Source: a virus
Taxonomy: Duplodnaviria > Caudoviricetes
Length of the DNA: 64,000 bases
Strand: one strand, 5' to 3'
IMG/VR virus record: IMGVR_UViG_3300025066_000012
Location: 1-64,000 of that record
The position numbers and the translations under genes are program-made. Position 1 is the first letter of the stretch. Each line of letters opens with the position of its first letter. The notes beneath the pieces are model-generated. The model saw only the letters and a list, made by a program, of their open reading frames with translations, was not told where the DNA came from and searched no databases. This document shows positions 55,684-64,000 of the stretch, one piece after another.

Positions 55684-55923
55684 TCAACCTTTAGATTCGC
55701 CCTCATATAAGGCTATTTGTCGATCCAGATACCACTTTGCTTTTCTCAAATCTTCTAATACATTTTCATGCTTCTTCCCGGCCCTAGAGATATACTTAAC
55801 AGTATTGCCTAGATTAAATCCAAGCTCCCACGCTTCGATAACATTGATTGCCTCATAAGTAGACGAGCCGTCCGACAATCTTTCCCCGCACTGATAGTGG
55901 CTCGGATGATCAACTTTGCTCAT
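55684..55923 (-). CDS. DUF3310 family protein
   Basis: Start ATG at 55923. VDHPSHY, EAINVIE, GFNLGNTVKYISRAGKK, EDLRKAKWYLDR. Confidence 0.85.
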   Translation of the reverse strand: MSKVDHPSHYQCGERLSDGSSTYEAINVIEAWELGFNLGNTVKYISRAGKKHENVLEDLRKAKWYLDRQIALYEGESKG

Positions 55924-56090
55924 CTGTCGAAGTCTCCATTGACAGGCCATTCCTCTGTGCAAAACCCAACATCATCCCCATCTGACTCATTCTCATAAAT
56001 GAATTCTTCTGCAGCTTCCTCCGTAGAAAACACGGCAACAATTCTGTTCTCATTTGCATATGATTCTTCTGTAACTATATAAATTGTCAT
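55920..56090 (-). CDS. Small hypothetical protein (56 aa)
   Basis: Read directly from the sequence: MTIYIVTEESYANENRIVAVFSTEEAAEEFI... GGGG SD; its stop overlaps the DUF3310 start (ATGA). Confidence 0.65.
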   Translation of the reverse strand: MTIYIVTEESYANENRIVAVFSTEEAAEEFIYENESDGDDVGFCTEEWPVNGDFDR

Positions 56091-56097
56091 TTTTCCC

Positions 56098-56340
56098 CTA
56101 TAGTGGATCTAAATATGGCTGGGATCTCAGAGTAAAGGCCGGAACATCAGTCTCGGAAATTATCATATCAATCTCTAGGCCGCGAAACTCTTCTTGCTCA
56201 AGAAGCATATCCTCTAAGCTTCCCTGCTTAAGCGGATATGCTGCATGAATTTCAATTACACCAATCTTCCCGTCGTTATTAGTATCAGTTGTTACTACAT
56301 AATAAGTCATATAACTGGTAAACTTTTTCTTTTTTGGCAT
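56098..56340 (-). CDS. Small hypothetical protein
   Basis: 80-aa ORF with AGGAGG SD. Confidence 0.65.
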   Translation of the reverse strand: MPKKKKFTSYMTYYVVTTDTNNDGKIGVIEIHAAYPLKQGSLEDMLLEQEEFRGLEIDMIISETDVPAFTLRSQPYLDPL

Positions 56341-57066
56341 TTAAATAACCTCCTTGTCTGCGTCTTCGATAATATGTTCACTTGATATATTATTTGTCAA
56401 CCTAGAAGAACTCTGAACTTTGTCACCACCAATGTTCCACAAAGATACTATGCCATGAACATCGCACAAGGTGACCTCTGGCGTATTATCCTGCTTTCTA
56501 TCTCCGCCATTAGCGAAGTAGTTTGGATTTATATCTACCAAGGCGGTACACACTGTTCCGTCCGAATCATCAACAGAGCACACAGAATGGACTCTCGCTA
56601 TAGACTCTAGGATTTCACGTCGTTCCTCATATGGCATAAAGACATAACCCTTCTTTCTCATTAGCCATTCATCGGAGTTTAAGATTACAATTACATTCCC
56701 ATACTCTGATGCATCCTGTATCATTCTTACATGCCCAACATGAATTGGGTCAAATCCGCCTGATACGCAAACGGTGGTATACGGAGTTGGAACTGGTTTC
56801 GGATTATTCATATTATCTTTCTCCTTAATAAGTTTTGATTTATCTATACATCTTTGACAGACAACTACTCCCGCAATTGTTGGCGAGTTTACTACTTCAA
56901 AGTTATTTGATTGATTTCCACAGGCATCACAGATTGCAGATTCATCCTCTGGCCCCCATGACTGGTAATCTGCCGCACAACCTACTGAGCAAAAAGCATT
57001 ATATCCAACATCATATGTTGTATAGGCCTTATTACACTCTCTGCATTTAGAGATTATTTTCGCCAT
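56341..57066 (-). CDS. Cytidylyltransferase/adenylyltransferase-family (HxGH) protein with an N-terminal Cys-rich extension
   Basis: VSGGFDPIHVGHV, NSDEWLMRKKG, FANGGDR, QSSS. Internal AAGGAG SD plus ATG at 56811. Confidence 0.85.
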   Translation of the reverse strand: MAKIISKCRECNKAYTTYDVGYNAFCSVGCAADYQSWGPEDESAICDACGNQSNNFEVVNSPTIAGVVVCQRCIDKSKLIKEKDNMNNPKPVPTPYTTVCVSGGFDPIHVGHVRMIQDASEYGNVIVILNSDEWLMRKKGYVFMPYEERREILESIARVHSVCSVDDSDGTVCTALVDINPNYFANGGDRKQDNTPEVTLCDVHGIVSLWNIGGDKVQSSSRLTNNISSEHIIEDADKEVI

Positions 57067-57069
57067 TAC

Positions 57070-57246
57070 TTACCTGCTCAGAATGTGTGTTGAGCTTTCA
57101 TGCTGCCCTGCGCCGGTCTGCCTGACAAACCTTGCCTTCTCATGTAGCTCACCGATTGTTCTTGCCCCCGAGTATGAAAGCCCACCCCGAATGCCCCTCT
57201 CTAAATCACTCAGTATATCCGCTACAGGGCCTTTGTACGGAACAGC
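57070..57246 (-). pseudogene. Truncated second copy of the IMPDH/GMPR gene C-terminus
   Basis: The frame reads [58 protein letters not shown], closely matching the end of 61962..62981. Preceded by in-frame stops, with no start codon. Confidence 0.85.
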
Positions 57247-57352
57247 TCAGTCAGTTGCATCAGGTTATCCTCTTCCATAATATACTTTATTATGTTTTAA
57301 TAATCAAGAATATTAAGGTATCTTGTCATAGTTCTCAGAGCGCCTCACGAAT

Positions 57353-57571
57353 TTATGCAAAGCTTTTAATCACGTTGGTCTGAAGCATGGTAAATTCAAC
57401 TATCTCACAATCCTTAAACATTTTTCTTGTCCCAGAATAAGAATTTGAGTTTAACCAGTTAGTAATTGCCGCTAAAGACCTATAAGCTTTTCCGTTTTTC
57501 TTCCAACTTGGATAAGATCCTCCGTCTGAGAATAATCCAGTTAGTTTATTTCTAATCTTATAAATCTTCAT
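57353..57571 (-). CDS. Small hypothetical protein
   Basis: 72 aa with GAGGA SD; YKIRNK.TGLFS.GG..P.W...GK pattern. Confidence 0.7.
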   Translation of the reverse strand: MKIYKIRNKLTGLFSDGGSYPSWKKNGKAYRSLAAITNWLNSNSYSGTRKMFKDCEIVEFTMLQTNVIKSFA

Positions 57572-57580
57572 ACAATCCTC

Positions 57581-57817
57581 TTAACTATCTAAATGCTTCC
57601 TAATCTCTTGAAACAGCCTTCTTAGATTTGGAAATACAACATTATCCTTACCCTTGGCGCTTAGAAAGGCGGCTGTGAATCCATGGTTTCCAAGATACTT
57701 TTCAGTGACCCTTGTTCCATTAACCTTGTTTAAATAAATCCAAGGAAGATTAGCTTGGAACTCAACAGAGATTCCGATGCGATCAAGGCGGGCTGTCAGT
57801 CTTTGAATCTTAGTCAT
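57581..57817 (-). CDS. Small hypothetical protein
   Basis: 78-aa ORF in the operon. Confidence 0.7.
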   Translation of the reverse strand: MTKIQRLTARLDRIGISVEFQANLPWIYLNKVNGTRVTEKYLGNHGFTAAFLSAKGKDNVVFPNLRRLFQEIRKHLDS

Positions 57818-57820
57818 TAT

Positions 57821-58438
57821 TTAACCTTTCAATAGAAACAGAAGCTTTTCCTTATCTGCATCCGAAGCAGCCTCAAAGACTGCTTCAATATTTCCGAAGC
57901 CTTGATCATTCTTGACCTTATAATCAATGATGAAGCTTAGATTCTTATAGAGAATATTGTGGATATACTTGCTGGTAGCAGCAGCATAAACAGCAGCTTC
58001 AGCAGCACAAGCCGCAGTAGCAGCTTCAGCGGCAGCATAATAAGCAGCAGCACAAGTAGCAGCTTCAGCGGCAGCATAATAAGCACAAGTAGCAGCTTCA
58101 GCAGAATAAGCAGCAGCTTCAGCAGCACAAACAGCAGCATAAGCAGCAGCACAAGTAGCAGCTTCAGCAGAATAAGCAGCAGCATAAGCAGCTTCAGCAG
58201 CACAAGCAGCAGCATAAACAGCATCAGCAGCAGCATAAACAGCATCAGCAGCATCAGCATCAGCAGGATTCCTCAGCCATGCTTCAGCAGTTTCGATTGC
58301 TTTCAAAGGTCGTTTATCCTTCGGATACACCTTCTCAAAGAGAGGCAGAACTTCTCTTGCAAAGATGCAAGCAACCCAAGCGGACAGAGGCTTGTCGAGT
58401 CTTAAGTCTTTAACGGATAAGAGGCTCATTGTCTTCAA
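57821..58438 (-). CDS. Imm5-like domain protein with an Ala-rich low-complexity repeat tract
   Basis: ACIFAREVLPLFEKVYPKDKRPLKAIETAEAWL, followed by about 95 aa of A/Y/C/E/T repeats encoded mostly by GCT. Confidence 0.65.
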   Translation of the reverse strand: MKTMSLLSVKDLRLDKPLSAWVACIFAREVLPLFEKVYPKDKRPLKAIETAEAWLRNPADADAADAVYAAADAVYAAACAAEAAYAAAYSAEAATCAAAYAAVCAAEAAAYSAEAATCAYYAAAEAATCAAAYYAAAEAATAACAAEAAVYAAATSKYIHNILYKNLSFIIDYKVKNDQGFGNIEAVFEAASDADKEKLLFLLKG

Positions 58439-58533
58439 CTATCAACAGATATCTAAATCTTATTTATAACTTTAAAAGTTCTCGTCGGCCTGCGGTGGTG
58501 GCAGCCGCCCGACGACTTGCCGAGCGGCTTCAA

Positions 58534-58802
58534 CTACAATTTAGGCGCGGGAACTGTTGCGTCAAGACTCGTTGCAGATTCCTTTTCACGAGTCTCGATT
58601 AAGCGGTCCAGATACCACCTTGCCTTCTTCAAATCTTCCAGAACATTGTCATGCTTTTTCCGGCCCTAGATATATACTTAACAGTATTTCCCAAATGGAA
58701 TCCCAGGTCCCATGCTTCGATAACTTTAATCGTTTCATAAACCGAAGAGTCTCCCTGGGCAGCGCCGCTCTGATAGTGATTCGGATGTTTTACATTGCTC
58801 AT
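58534..58802 (-). pseudogene. Second DUF3310 gene with a 1-nt frameshift
   Basis: GGAG SD plus ATG at 58802: MSNVKHPNHY...GFHLGNTVKYISRAGK. One A is missing in GGAAAAAGCAT. The other frame continues HDNVLEDLKKARWYLDRL. Confidence 0.8.
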
Positions 58803-58813
58803 TTATTTCTCCA

Positions 58814-59486
58814 TTATTCCAACCTTCCCTTTAAAAGATCACTAAATTTAGTAACCTTGCCAGTCCTGTGATCTGTAACTTTATCTCTTTGAATCTGATA
58901 AGTTTTAATCTTATCTCCCCTCATTCCCGAGCCAACCTGAGAGGATCTAATCCTTGAGCGTTTTTTCCCAAGCGTATCAGATTCTATCTCATAAAGCTTT
59001 GCCCGAAGTAATCTTAAGGCGTTCTCTTTATTCAGGCGTTGAGAGCGCTCCTGCTCACATCGCACAGATATCTGAGTTGGGATATGCTTTAGCTGAACAG
59101 CAGAGTCAGTTGTATTCCTGTGCTGACCTCCCGCTCCAGAGCCACGACAGGTTTTCCATTCAAGATCTTTTTCTAAAATCTTTATGTCAGCCTGCTTAGG
59201 CTCCTCTAAAACTGCAACAGTTATTGTTGAAGTATGAATTCGCCCTCTTTTGTCAGTAGGGGATGCTCTCTGAAAACGATGACCCCCCGCTTCTCTGCCA
59301 AACATCTTTAAAGCATTCTTCCCTTTTACTAGGGCGATTATAATCCCTGGACGAGAATCTATTAGGCTTAAGCTAAAGAGAGTTCCGGCGACAGACCTTG
59401 GCGTAAATTCCAAATTGATCTTTAACAAGAAGTTTGCTGTCCCTGCCGCCTTCGGCGGCTCTAATCTCTAATATAATAGAATTCAT
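58814..59486 (-). CDS. Class I peptide chain release factor (RF1-like, lacking domain 1), expressed via a +1 frameshift; about 223 aa
   Basis: AAGGAG SD plus ATG at 59486. Frame 0 reads MNSIILEIRAAEGGRDSKLLVKDQFGIYAKVCRRNSL-TAG. The +1 frame continues ...EAGGHRFQRASPTDKRGRIHTST...GSGAGGQHRNTTDSAV...ERSQRLNK. Confidence 0.88.
59372..59378 (-). promoter_or_regulatory. Putative programmed +1 ribosomal frameshift site CTT-TAG-C
   Basis: Same form as the prfB site CTT-TGA-C but with TAG. It lies exactly where release-factor homology switches frame. Confidence 0.75.
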
Positions 59487-59568
59487 ATCTACTCTCCTTA
59501 GTTTGTTCTGGTTTAATACCAGAAGCCATAATCATTTTACCTAGAATAATCTCCGTCAACAATCCATT

Positions 59569-60069
59569 TTATTTTAGACATATCTTATTTCTCTCTTTAG
59601 GATAAACATAAACAAGAGTACTATTCTTAAATAGTCTTACCTCGCCGGATGGAAGGTCTGTTAGTCCAACGATTCTCACACAAATGGTGCTGCCCAGATG
59701 TGATCCATTGTTGGCTCCAGTCTCTGTTCCAATCATCCACCTTGCTCCTGAATCATCCCAAAAGAATTTATCGTTGCCTTCAATAAGAACCTCGCTCAGT
59801 GTGACTTCTTTTTCATCGCCAAACACCATCGCCACAGTCTCAAGTGGTAACGCCTTCACCAAGCCCTCTAGAGAGGAACTCATTTCTTCGTCATTCATAA
59901 TGCATGTGCCAGAAACCATCCAAGATTCTTCTTTTTCATCCCAAGAGACATCTAATTCCAATCCAAATAGATTAAAATGTCCTCCGTGATATTTTTCATT
60001 TCCCCTGTCATTAATACCGGGGCCAGGATGCGGTGCTAGATATGGGTGTAATCTTTTTTTCATTTTCAA
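59569..60069 (-). CDS. Hypothetical protein
   Basis: 166-aa ORF; AGGAG SD before the second Met. Confidence 0.7.
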   Translation of the reverse strand: MKMKKRLHPYLAPHPGPGINDRGNEKYHGGHFNLFGLELDVSWDEKEESWMVSGTCIMNDEEMSSSLEGLVKALPLETVAMVFGDEKEVTLSEVLIEGNDKFFWDDSGARWMIGTETGANNGSHLGSTICVRIVGLTDLPSGEVRLFKNSTLVYVYPKERNKICLK

Positions 60070-60072
60070 CTC

Positions 60073-60309
60073 CTATTCGGTTCCATTAAGATAAAGTTTC
60101 AGTGCTTCTCGGTAATCAAAGGTCCTTCTTACACAATCATATTCCCATCCGCGTAATCCTCTGCGTTTACACTCAATAGTGATTACTCCATACTCTGCCG
60201 AATCAAAATTTATCCAATATTCATCCCCGACCTCTTCCCGGACAATATCCATAAGATTCTTAACAATCGCATCTTGTAACCATTGGTTAATTTCAATTGT
60301 AGTTTTCAT
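60073..60309 (-). CDS. Small hypothetical protein
   Basis: 78-aa ORF with ATGA overlap. Confidence 0.65.
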   Translation of the reverse strand: MKTTIEINQWLQDAIVKNLMDIVREEVGDEYWINFDSAEYGVITIECKRRGLRGWEYDCVRRTFDYREALKLYLNGTE

Positions 60310-60752
60310 TGCTCAATCCTTTCAGTCTTATCCCACATGTCTAGCTGCTGCTCGTTAAGCTCTTGCCTCTTTGCATTATCAAAAATAACTCTTTCCTCAT
60401 AGTGTTTATCGCAGAGAGTGCTGTTCCAAGCAGTTCTTCTGAGCTTACCTTTTCCTCCGCAAGTCTCGCAGATTTCGTAAGACATTGTCTCTGCAAAAGT
60501 AATCACTCCCGAGATAAAATCATCGCCGCCGTTAAAATAGGCTCTGAGTCCTCCAAACTTTTCTTTTATTTGACAAAAATAAAACGAGTGCATATAGTGA
60601 CCGTTCAAAGGCGGTTCTGCACCGTCCTCTATGATGGCCTTTCCCGTGTACTTAAGGTAGTGCTCAATATGCGCGCACATTGCCTCAAGAAGATTCGACC
60701 ACCCCTCTCCAACGCAGGGGTAGCAATTGCTCAAGAGATCTGAATATTTCAT
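60306..60752 (-). CDS. Phage hypothetical protein (QIKEKFGGLR motif, CxxCG)
   Basis: GW..LL, QIKEKFGGLRAY, CETCG...TLC..H. Start at 60752 follows GGAGG. Confidence 0.75.
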   Translation of the reverse strand: MKYSDLLSNCYPCVGEGWSNLLEAMCAHIEHYLKYTGKAIIEDGAEPPLNGHYMHSFYFCQIKEKFGGLRAYFNGGDDFISGVITFAETMSYEICETCGGKGKLRRTAWNSTLCDKHYEERVIFDNAKRQELNEQQLDMWDKTERIEQ

Positions 60753-60885
60753 AGTCAATCGAGCCTCCCACGTCAATACAGTCTTCGCACAAAGTAACGC
60801 GCCGAGGCCCGCGTGACCCAACTTGGCTTAGGTTATCGCACTCTTTCTTGCAACCTGTGCAGATTCCCATTTCTTTCTCACTCAT
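60685..60885 (-). CDS. Small Cys-motif protein
   Basis: 66 aa with CTGC and CEDC and a GGAG SD; overlaps the next gene. Confidence 0.45.
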   Translation of the reverse strand: MSEKEMGICTGCKKECDNLSQVGSRGPRRVTLCEDCIDVGGSIDYEIFRSLEQLLPLRWRGVVESS

Positions 60886-61022
60886 TTTCTTTCTCCGGTA
60901 AATCTAGGGCTCCGCAATTACATGCGTGCCAGTCTTGATGCCAAGGGCAATCTTCTGTGTGATCTACGACTCTATCGTAAATAATAAACTTAGTATTTGT
61001 ATACTTATTTTTCATTTTCTAC

Positions 61023-61235
61023 CTACGCCTCTCCAAGTGATTCAAAAAAGATCCCCACTGAAACAAGATTTGGTTTGGGAGCTGAAAGCCGAACATCCTC
61101 AATAGCTCTGACTCTTTGCAGAATTTGGTCAACCAAAGCTAAGTCTCCCACTTGAGGTATATCTTGTGGCGGCAATTCAGCCAGATAAACAAACCCTCTG
61201 TTCTCTATTTTACAGCAATCGTTATATTTGAACAT
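61023..61235 (-). CDS. Small hypothetical protein
   Basis: 70-aa ORF. Confidence 0.55.
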   Translation of the reverse strand: MFKYNDCCKIENRGFVYLAELPPQDIPQVGDLALVDQILQRVRAIEDVRLSAPKPNLVSVGIFFESLGEA

Positions 61236-61255
61236 TTTCTCTATTAACCCAAAAA

Positions 61256-61543
61256 TTATACGAGGACCGGATTAAGGGGAAGTTCTTCCGGGTAGTATGT
61301 CGAAACATTGGCTGAATCATAATAGTGAAGAAGAGAGGAGGACTTAAACTTAAATCTACCCTTCTGAACACTTGACATATACTTTCCGGTCTTCGCGCTA
61401 GCTAGCGTAGAGTCTTCAATATATTTTAGAGCCTGCTCTCTTGCATCAAAGAGGGCAATGTTTTCTTCAGTCTCAGAAACATTATCAGTCCATCCGCCAT
61501 AGCCATATTCGCGTTCAGTTTTAAATCCAATTAATACAAACAT
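61256..61543 (-). CDS. Small hypothetical protein
   Basis: 95-aa ORF. Confidence 0.65.
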   Translation of the reverse strand: MFVLIGFKTEREYGYGGWTDNVSETEENIALFDAREQALKYIEDSTLASAKTGKYMSSVQKGRFKFKSSSLLHYYDSANVSTYYPEELPLNPVLV

Positions 61544-61550
61544 AATTTCC

Positions 61551-61748
61551 CTAAACCTCTCTAACTATATAAAAGTCGTTCCTCTTATAATCCGGAATTG
61601 TTTTCCACGGAGAAATTTGACCTCTATGAAAACAATACTCTGCACATTCAATCCAACTGCCGGTATATTTGGGAGGAGAATGCTTGCTTAAAATATACAG
61701 CTTTCCATCTCTTTTTGATTTATATATTGTCATTCTTGCTATTTCCAA
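61551..61748 (-). CDS. Small hypothetical protein
   Basis: 65-aa ORF. Confidence 0.55.
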   Translation of the reverse strand: MEIARMTIYKSKRDGKLYILSKHSPPKYTGSWIECAEYCFHRGQISPWKTIPDYKRNDFYIVREV

Positions 61749-61954
61749 CGAGATGAATAAGAGTTTGCCATTTTGACAAGCTTATAGTTTGAATCAGGTG
61801 ACTCCCCGTAAAGAATAATGCTCGCTACAATTAACGAGTTGCCTCCCAATTGTTCTAGAAGATTAATCGTTGCCTCAGTCGCACCTAATCCGGCGTTCTT
61901 CCTCCTAACAATTAGGTCTAATACGGCAGCCTCCTGTGGTGAAAACATTATCAT
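61739..61954 (-). CDS. Small hypothetical protein
   Basis: 71-aa ORF. Confidence 0.55.
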   Translation of the reverse strand: MIMFSPQEAAVLDLIVRRKNAGLGATEATINLLEQLGGNSLIVASIILYGESPDSNYKLVKMANSYSSRWK

Positions 61955-61961
61955 ATTTGCC

Positions 61962-62981
61962 TTATTTGCTCAAAATATGTGTAGAACTCTCGAACTGTCC
62001 AGCGTTAGTTTGTCTTACAAAGATGGCCTTTTCTTGCAATTCTCGAACAGTCCTCGCTCCAGAATAAGAAAGTCCAGAGCGAATACCTCTTTCCAAATCG
62101 GCTAACACGTCTGCCACAGGCCCCTTGTATTGTACGGTCGTTGCTATGCCCTCTGCCGAGGCTTGCCGCCCGCGCCAATCCATCTGAGCATCTTTAGAGG
62201 CCATTCCTCGATAAGACTTAACTCTGCCCTCATTCGTTATAAGTATTTCGCCAGGAGTTTCGTCCGTTCCAGAGAGCAGTGAGCCAATCATTACAAAGCT
62301 TGCTCCTGCGGCAAGAGCCTTAACTATGTCTCCAGAGTTGCGAATACCACCATCTGCGATGATTGGCGCACAATAACTTGACTGAGAACAATCGATAATA
62401 GATTGTAACGCAGGCACTCCGTGTCCCGTCTGAATTCTTGTGCTACAGATGCTGCCTGAACCTATTCCCGTCCTTATGCTATCTGCTCCCCAATCAACCA
62501 AAGATTCATATCCATCTTTCGTTGCGACATTTCCGGCCATTATATGAATCAAACTTCCAAATTCTTTTTTCAAATTTCTTAAAGCAGTCTTCATCAGAAT
62601 GTGATCGCCATGTGCCGTGTCAACGCAGATGGTTCTAACGCCAGCATCTACGAGTGTGCGCGCACGCTGAAGCTCATCTGTTGACGTTCCTATTGCGGCA
62701 GCTATATGCGTTACGGCTCCTGAGCTAATGGCCTTTTTTGCAATCAAAGCCTGCCGCTCAGGCGTGTTGTACCTGTGAACAATTGAAAGACCGCCAGCCT
62801 TGCCCATTGCTATAGACATTTTTTCTTCTGTGATCGTATCCATTGGGCTTGATATAATCGGCAGCCTAAATTCAACATCGCCAAGCAAAGTGGTCGTGCT
62901 AACTTCTTTCCTGCTGCGTATATCTGAATATTGAGGCGCAATTAAAACGTCTCCATAGCTTAATGCTTCTTTAAATTTCAT
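61962..62981 (-). CDS. guaB: IMP dehydrogenase / GMP reductase family enzyme, no CBS domains
   Basis: [53 protein letters not shown]. The flap lacks the Arg-Tyr dyad of IMPDH, so GMP reductase activity is possible. Confidence 0.88.
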   Translation of the reverse strand: MKFKEALSYGDVLIAPQYSDIRSRKEVSTTTLLGDVEFRLPIISSPMDTITEEKMSIAMGKAGGLSIVHRYNTPERQALIAKKAISSGAVTHIAAAIGTSTDELQRARTLVDAGVRTICVDTAHGDHILMKTALRNLKKEFGSLIHIMAGNVATKDGYESLVDWGADSIRTGIGSGSICSTRIQTGHGVPALQSIIDCSQSSYCAPIIADGGIRNSGDIVKALAAGASFVMIGSLLSGTDETPGEILITNEGRVKSYRGMASKDAQMDWRGRQASAEGIATTVQYKGPVADVLADLERGIRSGLSYSGARTVRELQEKAIFVRQTNAGQFESSTHILSK

Positions 62982-63026
62982 TCTTTTTCATCCTCGTGGC
63001 GAGGTTAAGCCCCGCCGCATCGTTCG

Positions 63027-63263
63027 TCAATCTTCCTTTTGAGTATTTGGACTTCCATTTTTGACACACTTCAGCAGTTTTTTTAATGCTATTACATTAA
63101 AATATTCGTCTTTAGCATTCTCAAAAAAACTAATTGTATCATGGCAATATTCGCATAGAAAGCTTTGTCTTTTCTCCCCAGACTCCACCGTGCAATCGTT
63201 TTCGCGATTACCATATTTACATCCATGAACAGAGCAGCAATGCTCGGTGTGTACGTCGCTCAT
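63027..63263 (-). CDS. Small Cys/His-rich protein
   Basis: HTEHCCSVHGCKYG...C.V......Q...CEYC. Confidence 0.7.
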   Translation of the reverse strand: MSDVHTEHCCSVHGCKYGNRENDCTVESGEKRQSFLCEYCHDTISFFENAKDEYFNVIALKKLLKCVKNGSPNTQKED

Positions 63264-63923
63264 CTAACAAGCTGCCCAACCGCCGACAACCCAAGCTATC
63301 TTCCTGCTTGGCCTTTGCGCGCCAGCATCCTCCACTTTCGCTATCGCCTTAGACTCTTTTTCTGACCAAGAAGCCACTCTCTTGACAGCTGTCTCGCTAA
63401 GTAAGTTAGAGCTACAAAGCGGACACTTTGGAAGTTGCGGATAAGATATATAACTTGACAATGCTTCTGACTTAATTGGGAAATTATATTTTGCTTTAAG
63501 TCTGTCTAAGCTAAGACGCGAAGAGCATGTTGAACACCCGACAAATGTTGATTTTCTGTTGAAAAATGATTCACACAAAGTCGTCATTCCGTGATACTTC
63601 TTTTCTTTGGTCTTTCTCAGCACTAACTTTGCATCTTCAATCTTCTTATTTTACCTCTCTGTTAGAGAAAGGGGAACAAAGAAGGAACATGCAATAGCGC
63701 TATCTCGCTTGTTATGATACTCCAAGATATAATCTCGAGCTTCAGATTCAGAGTTAAAGCTATGACCCTGAAAGCGAACCCCTCGGGCGAAGGTTGTTGA
63801 GTTACCGGCGTAAGCACCAGAGCCAGACTCATAGGTATCTTCTTCTACACAGTTATCCCATGCCGTCCGAACACCCTCTCTGTCTGATGCATTTACTCTA
63901 ATGATATAATCATGTGCTCCCAT
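63264..63923 (-). pseudogene. Phage hypothetical gene interrupted by an in-frame TAA
   Basis: ORFs 63651..63923 and 63264..63623 share one frame, separated only by TAA at 63651-63653 (...LTER*NKKIEDAKLVLRK...). Confidence 0.65.
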
Positions 63924-64000
63924 ATTATTCTCCCTCTTTGCTAGAACGCAAGTCTGTTGCTATCAATTTTTTATCCCAAGCCTTATTAAATTCTTCTTTT

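Noticed and set aside
57821-58438. Diversity-generating retroelement target
   Set aside because: No reverse transcriptase and no template/variable repeat pair with adenine-specific differences in the window.
58645-58665. Programmed -1 frameshift in the second DUF3310 copy
   Set aside because: GGA AAA AGC is not an in-phase X-XXY-YYZ slippery site. A homopolymer deletion (mutation or sequencing error) is simpler.
58814-59428. The ORF-track start (TTG, MLKINLEF...) for the release factor
   Set aside because: It has no SD and its first 17 or so residues are not release-factor-like. The homologous N-terminus is in the other frame, starting at 59486.
1446-63365. Plus-strand ORFs in the track (for example 2994..3791, 41008..41676, 57959..58405, 55601..55858)
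   Set aside because: Nearly all are antisense shadows of minus-strand genes or of low-complexity repeats, with no recognisable motifs.
1-64000. Genome-wide stop-codon reassignment (TAG read as sense), prompted by the release factor and in-frame TAGs
   Set aside because: Long genes are intact under the standard code and TAG ends genes at sensible positions just before the next start. Reading through the release-factor TAG in frame 0 gives non-homologous sequence.

Overview
This 64 kb window looks like part of a large (jumbo/huge) tailed dsDNA phage genome. Every credible gene is on the minus strand, densely packed, mostly with GGAG-type Shine-Dalgarno (SD) sites and the standard genetic code. 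Left (1-24 kb): head module with terminase large subunit, intein-containing portal, prohead protease/scaffold fusion, many acidic head-associated proteins and a CCA/poly(A)-polymerase-family nucleotidyltransferase. Middle (24-51 kb): replication, recombination and expression genes, namely DnaG core with a separate zinc-binding-domain gene, RecA in two pieces, GroEL, a RuvC-like nuclease, SSB, DnaE, a 2140-aa orphan, a sigma factor, a PD-(D/E)XK nuclease, SbcCD and an FtsK-like ATPase. Right (51-64 kb): fibre-like protein, HU, KhpA, Hsp20 and small accessory genes. Main observations: (1) an RF1-like release factor gene that needs a +1 frameshift at CTT-TAG-C, a UAG counterpart of prfB autoregulation; (2) RecA fractured by an atypically split intein (15-aa IntN, 122-aa IntC) around a decayed homing endonuclease; (3) a portal intein starting with Lys instead of a nucleophile; (4) a shared helical motif and K-x-A/S motifs across head proteins, plus a nested scaffold start; (5) two homeologous guaB-DUF3310 blocks with reciprocal decay. 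All family assignments come from motif recognition by eye, with no database searches. No tRNA, rRNA or CRISPR array was seen.
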